A stretch of 57,109 bases of DNA, counting the filler, from Platydemus manokwari (lineage: Eukaryota): assembly GCA_037951405.1 (NCBI GenBank). It is 4 parts of 4 records of this genome, joined end to end, with 100 filler letters (N's around TTAATTAATTAA, not from the genome) between each part and the next. Parts side by side here need not be neighbours in the genome. Positions count along the whole stretch, not along the records: positions 1 to 20,173 come from JBBMOY011611407.1; positions 20,274 to 32,202 come from JBBMOY010386666.1; 2 more parts are not named here. One strand, written 5' to 3'. Position 1 is the first letter of the stretch, and each line of letters opens with the position of its first letter. Positions 13,167 through 24,534 of this stretch are shown piece by piece. Below the pieces are notes generated by a model that saw only the letters and a list, made by a program, of their open reading frames with translations, did not search any database and had not been told where the DNA came from. Both the position numbers and the translations under genes were made by a program.

Positions 13167-13679
13167 TATAGAGTTCAATTCTTTAATCGATAATCGATAA
13201 TTTTTATTTATTTGCATTATTTTGCATATTCAAATTATTAAGTATATATAATGTCTCTATCTATATATACATATATATATATTTCCTTTATTTCCACAAT
13301 ATAAAAAATATGTTTATTTTTTGAGTTTATTTATTTGGATTTTATGTGGAATAAATGTTTTTTGTGTGCATTAATTACTTGGTAATGAGCTTTTATTAAT
13401 TCATTACAGAGCGAGAAAATAGAAGTAATTATTTTCGGTTAATTGTGTTATTTATTGAGATATTTATGAATGGTTGTGCGATATCAGTTGAATTGCAAGA
13501 TTAGTTTTTTATCGAATAAACATATTTGTCTCATAATGATATTGTAATGTTGAGTTCATTGTTTAACATTTCGGTTTATTTTTATTGTTTAGTTTTTAAA
13601 TCTTTATGCTAAATTTATTTTTTTTTAATTTCAATAAGATGGCTTTAATATTTGGTATATACGAAATTGTTTAACAATC

Positions 13680-13960
13680 ACTTTTGGATGATATTATCTT
13701 TGTTATTTTGGAATTGAAATAGATGAAAATCACGACCATATTTCAAGAACTTGTCACATTATAAGTTTCCTATGTTCTTATTTGGTATAGTCGTAAAGGT
13801 AAATTAATCCTTTGACATATATTTGAAATTTATACAGTATCGTTTAATTATTAATATGGGCTTGCGATATGACCTGACAAGAAATCATTTATTGGTTTTA
13901 GTTGAGAATTCTTCTGTAGGACACATTTGACAACATCTGGATACTTTCATGAATCATTGT
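13680..13960 (-). pseudogene. possible gypsy integrase remnant
   Basis: Minus-strand MKVSRCCQMCP (like the C-x2-C end of the integrase zinc finger) followed by CDKFLKY (like D.FSK(W/Y)). Heavily decayed. Confidence 0.3.
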
Positions 13961-15949
13961 GTTGAAGATGTATGTGTGTGTGCGCGCGGTTCTGAGCTCA
14001 TTTTGCTTAAGTAATATGGGGTAGGTTTATGGACTCTTCCTTAAGTCGACTTTCAAAGAATTATGACTTATGGAATTATCATGTTTTTATCGATATCGTT
14101 CTTTGGAAGCTGTTTTCGTTTTATTTTCTTTGGAATCAAATTGTTTCATCTGAGAAATTCGATGAAATAAGGATAATTTTTTAAGGAAATGTTGGGTTTT
14201 TACTGGTAGTCCTTGATTGGACTTTCAAGTAAAAATTATTCCATTAAAAGATTATAGAATTACGAATAATAAATCGATTTTTTACGTTTATCTTTAGTCG
14301 GTTAGAAGAATTTCTATCTGTCAGCTAACGCATATATTTAAATGATTCTCACAATATAATTTTTTGCCAACACTAAAATTAATTAAAAAATCATTTTGAA
14401 TGAAAACCGACGCAAGAAAACATATTAATATTGATTGAAATCATCAAAGATGCCTCCTAAACTGATTGCAAGTCAATTTTCAATAATTTGGATTCATTAT
14501 GAAAATTTATCAAATAAGTTAAATGTTATCTCGGCAAACGGTTATGGATGTTAAATTGAGATTTATTGCAAAAAATTGCTTTTTGAAAAAATATTAGATT
14601 TAATTAAACCGATATTATATCACAAAATTAAAACAAATTATAAAAAATATCATCATAGGTATGTACATATTTTTATTTCAAATACATTTACTATTTTAAG
14701 GTGTTTTATATTGACATGGGGTTTGGATTTTTATTGATTTTTGAGAGGCTTCGGTAACATGTATGATAACAATATTACTGAAAATTTACTAAACAACCTT
14801 GAGTTTTTAATTATAAAAGATATTTGTTTCAACAAGATGTGCTTTGTACCGCTGAATTTATAGGAATATAAATCTTTGCAGAAATTATAATTTATAGTTA
14901 TCAAAACTATTAATTAATAAATACAAATTTATTTAAGAAATAAAAAGTTAAATAAGATCATCAATTGCTAGAAGCTCCAATAAAAAATAGTAAATTGATA
15001 TTAAAAATGTCAATGTTCCAATTTTTTATTCAATAATTCCGCTTCAAATTTCTTAACAAAATTAGTAGATTTTATTTGTAATTTTTGAAGAGTTGTTGTA
15101 GGTGAATATAGTGATTTTCTCATTCTTTATTTATAATTTTGTTGAAGCATTGCTAATATGACATTGCGTTTCATTTTTCTCTTTGTGTACCTTCTATATT
15201 TATTTGTTAACTTTGTCTCTAGTGTTGTTTCATCAACGTTCTTTTTTGTCTATCTTAAATTAGATATTCTTCATTATTTTCTCCTTAATTATTATTATTA
15301 TTATTATTTTAATTTTATTAAATATAATAAAATATTATTCAGAATTAAATGTCATAAAATAGAAAAAAACATTAAAAGCTATACTACCAATTGTTTGTGA
15401 TTATTAGAGAAAATATTATTCTTGGTTACCGAAAAATTGTTCTGCTTATTAGTTATGAAGGTTTCCAAAGGAGTGAATAAATGTGACCTTACAATTAAGA
15501 TAGATTAGCTGTATATTTAACACAAGGCTGATCAAAATAAATCAATAGATGATGGTTTATTGATCGGTTCTAAAAGGTAATAGTGTTTTAATCAGTTCTG
15601 GTATAAAAACTATAAGTAATATTTATCCACCATCATAAAAACAAGGTGAATTTTTAGAAAAAAATAAGAGTATATAATATATAGAGAATTAGATTAAAAA
15701 TTATGTAGAAAAATTATGTGAAGAATATATATAGCGTGTGATTTGTCCAACATCATATTGTTTGTTTTTATCAAATATCGTTTTAACCCACTTAAAAATC
15801 ACCATTATTTTCCTATTTAATAAGTTAAAACAGTTGATCTGCTGAAATTTTTTTGGAATTAAAACAGTAGCATATAACCTATTATTCACAGATAATCTTC
15901 AACTTTCTCGTAAGAGCTTCGTATTATAAAATATGTGTCATCTTTTGAT

Positions 15950-18036
15950 TGTCAAGAGAGAATTTTAAAGAATTTTTTATTACCTTGTTTTTTATTTATT
16001 TCTCACTAATTTTCAAGATGACATCTGGCTTATTCTAGATTTGTGCAAGGTATCTTGTTTTTGCTTTCTCAATTTTGGATAAACCTTGTTTGCTTTGGCA
16101 TTGGACCAATTCGAGATAATTCATATGGAATTCTCTGCCTCTTAGCAATATTGAAGTTCAAAGACGGAGATAGGCCAAACACGTTTAAATCTGGGAATAA
16201 ATCGGTTTTTAGTATTAAAGAGCACTGAATGCTATTTGTTCTGAGAGTTAAAACTTCTTCCCATATAGATATTTATTAAAGATCTGCTAAATTTATATAA
16301 ATTTGAATCAGAAGGTTTAGGATGTTTAATTTAATTATCTGAATTCCAAAATATAAAGGTTGTTGCTGCTAAATAATACTTGGATAAAATTATCAAATAA
16401 TATTTAAAATATAAATACTAATTATATTACAATCAATAACGATTGAGACAAGACGATAAAATATATCTGACGATTTAAGATAATTTTATAACAACTATAG
16501 ATGATATATAAATATATTCTGGACGTACAGTCACCTTAAGAGAACAGTTAAAGGCGTGCCATCTAGATGTCTGGACAATCATGTCTATAAAATATTCAAG
16601 TTAGGAACTAAATGTGAGCTTATTATTGAATTTTAAAGGACAATCAGGGTAGAAAAAACCATTATTCTGGATTTAATTATAGTGTCAATAAAAAATTCAC
16701 TCAGCATAGCTTGAAATATCTTCGGAATAATTGAGATAATAAATATCGAAACTTATGTCCGAAAAATCGATTACGTTGTTAGACTTATTAAGAATGCTTT
16801 CATCAGATAAATTAAGAGAACATACGTTTTACAAGAAAATGATAAAGCTTCATTTTTGTTCATTAAAAATATTTTGTCAATCGCTTTGTCGTTCTCCGTT
16901 TGTGAAAAATATTTCTCTTCTTTTTAATCTGGGACTTCCAATTTTCCAAACACAACTCACTTATAACACTAGTGGAAGCATCTGAGTCCTACACATCTTT
17001 ATTATAACAAAATTAACTAATATCAAGCTCCATTCTCTAGTGCATTATGTGTTCATCATTACTATAATATTTGCTTCTATTTTCGTCATTGATACATAAA
17101 ATTCACTTTTCTAGTCAGTGTATGGGGCGCAACATGTGACAATCACAGAAAACATGACTTCCTTTCCCATATATTAGACATGTTTCTTTATGGGAACTGA
17201 CTTTTAAAATGACCTCCTTGTCACATAAGAAATAACGTCAGGTGAGCAATTTTCACTCTTTTGGCTCCGGAAAAATACATTTTCATTTTAACAAGCTGTT
17301 TCAATAATCGTAAAGCTTGTTCTTGTCTTTTCAATTTTTGGCTCATATTCATGATTTCCTCTTCAACTTCTTTTCGAATGTTTTGTGTGTAGTGAAACTC
17401 TTATACTTACAAAATTATACGTACCAAAATTGCTTCGTGTAATTTGAGAATAAATTGGTCCCTGTATCAGATTTTTACTAGCAACCGTTAACACATGTTG
17501 CGATAATCCAATGCTTTCGTAGATCTTGGCAAATGACTGAATTTCGGGCATCTCAATCTCTGGCTTTGTCAATAGAGTTTCCTTGAGGCCTGTATTTAGT
17601 GTCCATTATAAAACAATATCTTTAACAATTGCTTCATGTGTCAAGCCTAAATTAAGAACTAATTCTATTGGTTTTGAATTTCAACAACGGATGAGGCAAA
17701 TCGCTCATTATCGATTTGTCTATACTCTTTCTAATTCAAGAATTAAGTCAATTATTGGCTTTGTCTACTGTAAAGTAGTCCATTTTCGAACATTAAAGTT
17801 CAGAGTCTCCTATGCCTTCTTAGGTAACGATTCTAATAATATTTTGCACTGCATGCTTCTGATAAGGAGCATTAATTTCCACAGTATGGTCGCCAATAAC
17901 GGCCATAGTAAAGTATATGGAAAAACAGTATCCAACCATTGAATATTAAAACTATTTACTTTAATTAAAATTCTGTTTTATTTCTACTATTTTCGTCACT
18001 TTCATATTTATACTTTTTATAATATAAGTCGCTACA
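15950..18036 (-). mobile_element. degenerate Ty3/gypsy LTR retrotransposon relic (putative 5' LTR, PBS, gag with zinc knuckles, protease, pol fragments)
   Basis: Correct gypsy order on the minus strand: putative LTR TGTAGCG...CGTTA (18036-17897); PBS-like TGGCGACC (17895-17888); gag-like IVKDIVL*WTLNTGLKETLLTKPEIEMPEIQSFAKIYES; two decayed CCHC knuckles (FLCDK-GHFKSQFP near 17240-17195 and TCLIYGKGSHVFCDC near 17185-17140); protease DSDASTSVISE..WKIGSPRL near 16990-16925 (compare DSGA...W.K.GSP.L); RT-like and integrase-like scraps at lower coordinates. The left boundary is approximate. Confidence 0.72.
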
Positions 18037-20173
18037 ATTTGTAATGAGTTATTTATAAAATTCAAAATAAGGGGTCTCTACTGTATTCGTTTATCTGTAT
18101 TAATAATAACAAAAATTAAAAATACTACTATAGAATTACAAATAACTAATCATATTCATATTTATTGAACCTATCAGTTCCCATGAAACGAATTGAAGGT
18201 GTTTGTAGAATAAAAGTCTTGTTGAATCGTCAAGTGGAGAAATAGGTCTTTAATTCTCATTAATGACGCGTGATATTCTATATGTGTTATGCACATTGCC
18301 CTGTGTTTCTATATTATGGTTTTGTATTAGAATTCTTGAGGATTGCGATTTTGATTTGCATCTACTTCTCAATAAATTGTTTCTTGTTTAATACCAATAT
18401 GTCTTAATCATTGTTTTCTGATAAATTGCAGCATAAACAAAGTAATTTAATTGAAATAAAATAAGATATTATTGAGTTACTGCTAAACACATTGGAATAT
18501 ATATATATATAATTAAAGGAAATTTTATCGACCTCCCTACTTTTGATTTAGAAAACAGTGAATAAGAAAAAACTATCATTTACACCAAATACAATTAAGA
18601 AATTTAATATCTTAACTAAATAGCTTAAAAATTTATTTCCTTGCTATGTTATTTAAGATTTTATTGCTAAATTTACATGAACTTATCGTGAACTTTATAA
18701 ATGTCGAAACTCCCCAAGCAAAAACATGTCTCGAATAGCTACTAAGTCTACTTTCCCCTCATAAAATCGATCATCAATACACATTTCTTTAAATAATATT
18801 ATTTAATCTTATATGCAGATCTTTTCATATTTTGAAAATGCTACTTATTCCAACATTTTTAAAAAATGCATTTTAATAAATGTTTTAAATTTGCGGAGTT
18901 TCAAGTCACATATTAAACACATAAAATGAACGTAATCTAAATGAAAAGTAGAAAACCGATGGACTAAAATTGAATAAAGAAAATCCAGTTTAACACGACG
19001 TAATATTTCCCACATCAAAGGTAACGAAAAAACAACTCTTTCAAATATTTATTGATTAGAAATTGGTTTATAAATGCGATTCCATTAAGATCAAATAAAT
19101 AGTAAAAATTCATATTCAGGTTATATAAGTGCAAACCACAATTATTAATTGTCGGAAATATCATTTGACGATATCAAAAAATATTTGATCGCATCCAGAT
19201 AGTGGCCAAATCATTAAAACCAGAAAATACTTTTCGATGTATAGCAATTAATAAGATTAAGAATATGTTTATCAGCAGATGAAAACAAGAAATATTTCTT
19301 TAAATATAATTTCAATCAATACAAATTCATAGATCAATTTTTACTGATTTAATAATTGCTTTCTCCTGCGAAAACGATTAAATATATTTATAATAAATAT
19401 AATTAAACCGAAATAGATATTTTTAATAAGTTTGATGGGCTTTATAAAAATTCTGGAATTCAATAAATCGTTTAAATCAATGAATTAATAACTTAATAAT
19501 AGTATATCCACAGACTTTATAGTAATCTGGATTGAAGTTTGCCGAAATTAATTAAACATTTAATATTTACAAATAATTATGGTTTTTAGGTAATTGTTAT
19601 ATTTGTTTTAAAAGTAGAAATTGGTGTAATAATAAATATTGCTCAGTTTAGTAAATTTTTAATAAGAAGTTGATCTCATTCCATAAAGCTCCAAAGGCGA
19701 GTATCCGTTGATAACATTAGATGCCTGGATTTAAAAATTCAAAAAAACTTCAGATTGTCATCAGATCACAACCCAATATCGAGTATCAATCTTATGTTAC
19801 ACCAGCTAGACCAAAATTAAAATCTGAACAGTTCAAACATCTTATCAAATAATGTAGATGATGTAATAGGGCAATACAATTTGGCAGCAATTCAAATGCA
19901 AGGTTTTGAATTATCTATTCACTAAATTAACATTTTCAATTTTATTATAATAGTTTAAATTAATGAATTTAATTAAATAATCTACATAGTTTTTTGCAAC
20001 GCACTCCACAATTTTTATTTTAGGATTCTATTTTTTAACTTTAGCCAATGATTATGTTGAGTGAAGACAAATCCTGAAAAAGAAAAATGATTTCGTGCCT
20101 TGAAACCCTTGTTTTAGCAATTTAAACATTGGCACACCTACATAATCATACAAGCTTGACAACCAACGAATCA

Positions 20174-20273
20174 NNNNNNNNNNNNNNNNNNNNNNNNNNN
20201 NNNNNNNNNNNNNNNNNTTAATTAATTAANNNNNNNNNNNNNNNNNNNNNNNNNNNNNNNNNNNNNNNNNNNN
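20174..20273. other. artificial assembly spacer (44 N + TTAATTAATTAA + 44 N)
   Basis: The 12-mer at 20218-20229 gives stop codons in all six frames. The same structure occurs at all three gaps. Confidence 0.97.
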
Positions 20274-20972
20274 TTAGAAGTGGAAAATTCACTTTAGAAA
20301 TTTAAAATATTTTTATTTTCCAACTTCAAAATTAAAATTATTTTATTTTATCCAAAAATTTAATTCTAATAATTTTTTAATTCTATTACATAAATTCTAA
20401 TAATTTTAGACTTTTACGAATTCCAACGAATTAATTTTGGAATTTCTATATATTATTAGCTCATTTAAACACATTTCTGAAATTCTATATAAATTAAATT
20501 TATTTTTCTATTATTGTTATTTTGGGCTCGCTAATTATTATTATTGTTGTTCGATTTATTTTAAAGTTTATTATCATTAAAATTTCCATTATAATAATTG
20601 CCATTAAAATATAATTTGTGACAAATACATTATACAAATATTTGAATACAGTATACATTTAAAAGAAAGGACTTGGGAATTGCATAATACAAGATACAGA
20701 TTAGAGACAAAATCATGAAATAAATCAAATGTAAAAATCAAATGTAAATGTTTATGAGAATCCAAGATCATATTGTTCGTTTAGATCCACACGTTTGTGC
20801 ATTCCCACGATCGGGAATTCTCTTCTCTCGGATATATCGGGATCATTGGTTCCGTCTTGATTGTTACTTGGGGTTCTTTCCGGCCGACCTTCTCGGGCTT
20901 ATCCCCACGATAAACAGTTCCATCCCAGTTGCCATCTTGATCGAGCTCATTGGCATTTGTGGCTGTTATTTT

Positions 20973-21059
20973 AGACGTGCTTGGAGCATTGGATGGTATG
21001 TGATAGGATATGCTTAGGGCATCAGAGGGTATATGATAAGATGTGCTCGGAGCGTTGGA
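20973..21059 (-). repeat. degenerate 33-bp tandem repeat (about 2.6 copies) inside a 103-codon open frame
   Basis: Minus-strand units TCCAACGCTCCGAGCACATCTTATCATATACCC / TCTGATGCCCTAAGCATATCCTATCACATACCA / TCCAATGCTCCAAGCACGTCT translate as SNAPSTSYHIP SDALSISYHIP SNAPSTS. Confidence 0.7.
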
Positions 21060-21949
21060 GGCGCTTTCCCAATAATAATAAATATATTGACATTAAATTT
21101 AATCGCAGAGAATATATGCGAGTGATTCATCACTGTGTATGTAAAACAGCAGTCATAATTAACACTACCATTTTAATACATTATTAAAGACACAGATACG
21201 TGTTGGGGATAGGACACATTATTCTGCATTCAAGAACACTGCGAGAGAAGACCATCCAGTATCGAAGATCAGGATTCTCTATATTCCCAATATCTTACCG
21301 GAAGACCCTACAACAAGATACATCCATGTAAAATACTAAACTATATTATATATCGCATTGTTTATCCATTATTATAGAGTTTAAACTCACTCATCTTGAT
21401 AGGTAATTTGTTTTGCTTGGCTAGAGGGAGTTGATGAATCGTTTCTTATTCCAAGAAGGTTTGTTATAAGGATGTACAGTGAAATATCAAAATCCATTTG
21501 AAATTTTTATTTTATAATTGCTAATCGGTGTCATTATTGCATCGGTGTCAATTAATAATAAACATTTGTAGTAGCAACTCCTAATTATTAATTAAATATG
21601 GATCATAAATCATTATTCGTTGGCATTGATATGGCCAAAGTTAATAGTTTTAAATAGATTATATAGGTTGAAATTGATAATTAAAACACCTCTCTATTGC
21701 CACACCTATTATCTTCAAAAAATAAGGTTATACGGGGTGAAGATTCAACAAAAACAGATAAATTACACACGTTGCATTAATTAAGAGCTCATAGAGACTG
21801 ATTAAGGCAATAGTGGTTTAATAAAAAAATAAGAAATTTTATAAATTTACGATCGAGAGATAATTTTATGAACATAATTTTTGATTCTAAAAATAGTTCA
21901 ATAAATATTCAGTTCATTCAACCTATGCACAGAGAATAATCGACGTTAC

Positions 21950-22350
21950 GGAACTAATGAAACGTAGTAATGATGATTTCAAGTGGCTCTAAATAAATTA
22001 TCAAACCATTCTGATCATCAGTCATCAATGGTCGTTATTTCTGTTACTGTTTTACATTTTGACTGATGATCACAATGTGAATTTACTAGTTGAATGTGAT
22101 TCAGACTGCAAATATTTGATTCTAAAATGCTGGATTGTGATTACAATTACAATTTTGATTATCTGCGTTAAACACAAAAGCATTCCAGTATGGACGACAA
22201 TCATGAAAATCCGAATCAAATTTCAATAAACCTTATTCCAAAACAACAAATCCGTGTTCGAGTCGTTACACAAAGTGCACCATCAGATTTCGCAAGTTAC
22301 CAAATATTCCTACTTCAATAATACCTCGGCAATCCTGTCGAATTTGTCTA
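21950..22350 (-). pseudogene. degenerate hAT transposase fragment
   Basis: Collinear motifs on the minus strand: SDGALCVT (compare TDGAPSM), a C-x2-H-like stretch, CSLNHIQL (compare RGLNHRQF) and an RW-like motif. Many frameshifts. Confidence 0.35.
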
Positions 22351-23387
22351 TTTTTTGACTGATTACTTTATTTACACTTCTGCATACTGATGAGCAGAAC
22401 AAACTGTGATGCAACAATTAGCCTTTAATTTAAATGTAGCAGTGATAGAGGTAAATACAAGTATGGTTACTTCAAAAAATCGTGAAATGAATGGCAATTA
22501 AAAGTGCTCTTTTAGAAAAACTCGTTAGCGAAGACGTAGAAAGAAATTATTGAAAAAAATTCTTATCAAGGAACAAAAGCAAGCAAAACCATAATATGAT
22601 TCACGTTTAACTGTCAAGATTAGCAGAAAAACTTTTATTTCTAAGGCAGATTGGCCAACACAAACAAAAAGTCACCAAAGGCAAATTTCCTAAATGCAGC
22701 ACTTAATTCAGATGAATCAAAATGAACTATACTTCAGTCCACAGGAAACCCATAAATTATTAAAAATTAGTATCTATTAACTTTATTGTTTTCAGAAATG
22801 AGTTTACACTAACTAGTCAAATTTGGAGAAATTATGAATTTTTCAAGAAAATAACATGAAAAATTCAAGAGAATTACAGGACGAGAAAAATTAAAAGATG
22901 AAATATTGATTACTACTGATAATAATAAATTTTGGGATTCTTGTAGAGAAGTTAAGCAAATTCGATCCGAAATTTTTGATAGTCAAACGGGCGATGAGCT
23001 GATTTAAAAGTTTGAACAAAAAGAGAGTTTGAAGTATATATATTATATGATTTTGAAGAAGCAGTTTCTAATGATCCATGCAAATGATTTCATTCCAAGA
23101 GATCGCACAGGGTTAGCACATTATATTTGAAAATAAAACTGCAATAAAGACAGAAAATGGAGAACTTATGAAATTGAAAATGAGATAGATAAATGAAATA
23201 TTTTTGTCCACAGTTAAGGAACACGGAAATGAGAAACGAGTACAAGCGATGAAATCTTCATTTAATATGTAAGGAAAAGCTTTGATTTTTATAATGATTA
23301 CGATGATTTTTGAAATCAGAAACCAAGTTAGAACGTTGAAAGCTTACTGCTGTTCATAAACCGAAATTTGGAAAGTATTCTCTATGG

Positions 23388-23492
23388 CAGGGGTGACCAA
23401 CCGATCGATCTTGAAGCCAATTTTAGTCTATCGCGTGATAAGTTATTCAAATGAAAAATCGTTCTTACGTACGCAAATGTTGACCACCTCTG
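23388..23492. mobile_element. 105-bp hAT MITE
   Basis: Ends CAGGGGTGACCAACC / TGTTGACCACCTCTG form an 11/15 TIR. Perfect 8-bp TSD CTCTATGG at 23380-23387 and 23493-23500. Confidence 0.85.
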
Positions 23493-24494
23493 CTCTATGG
23501 TATACATCGGATATTGTCCTAAACTTATCCGATGAATATTTCATGGAGAGATAATAAACATTTTCATTTATATCAAGAATGGGATTTTGTAAAGAAAAAG
23601 TTAAAGAATGTATAGTCAAAACGACAACTTTCGTCATCCATTGCGGCAAATGGAGCCATACTTCAATAATAATTATGAGTGCAATATAAAGACTCAAAAC
23701 TAAATTCAAAGATTTTTTTCAAACTTAAGAACTTAGAGTAGACTCTGAAATACAAACATCGATTAAACCAGGATATATAATTAGTCTATTGTGATAAAAA
23801 ATGTAATGTTAAGCCATACAAAATTTCAGTACAAATAATAGATAAATCCGCTGATGAATATTCCGCCGAAATCTCTCAACGGAGAACATTTTTGATTAAA
23901 TATTCGCACAAAAAGTTGTCAAATATGTAAACAAGTTTATAACGATAAATTAAATGATGAAATTAAATTATCATTTTTGTAAATTAGTGTTTCTTTAAAG
24001 CTTCATGGAGAACGTATAAATGAATTTGTTATTTCAATAACTTCAAAAAGAATGTTTACAGGAGTAAGAGAGCCATTCCCATAAAGTTGAAGAAAACTCC
24101 CACAGTTTAATATCAGCTATCACGGAGGATGGATGATTCATCAAAAAAAGAATTGTGGAAAATTAATATACCAAACCAATTATAAAGATCCATATATAAT
24201 TCAAAGATGAAATTGGAAGCAACCAAATAAAATGTACATAACAGAGATATATAACTATCACAGTATTTCAGCAAGATATAATATCTTACATTTAATACCT
24301 AAAAAATTATTTTCACGAGTCCATAAAACATTAAGTGATCACATACCATTGGTCGATACCTATATTTGCTGATAACCCAATCTAATGTCATTTATTAAAT
24401 TGGTCAAAATATCAATCCGAAACGGACGGTCATACTAATTATTGATTAATAAACAACGCGGAAACATATGAAAGACAATCGAAATAAAACACGA

Positions 24495-24500
24495 TTTATT
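24495..24500 (-). promoter_or_regulatory. probable polyadenylation signal (AATAAA) of CPSF1
   Basis: AATAAA on the minus strand about 35 nt after the CPSF1 stop, followed by GT/T-rich sequence (TCGTGTTTTATTT). The hexamer is common in AT-rich DNA, so confidence is moderate. Confidence 0.5.
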
Positions 24501-24534
24501 AACATGAATATAAACAAAGCAATGGGATCCACGA

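Noticed and set aside
20218-20229. TTAATTAATTAA palindrome recurring three times, as a possible biological repeat or recombination site
   Set aside because: It is always centred in exactly 44+44 Ns, so it is an assembly linker.
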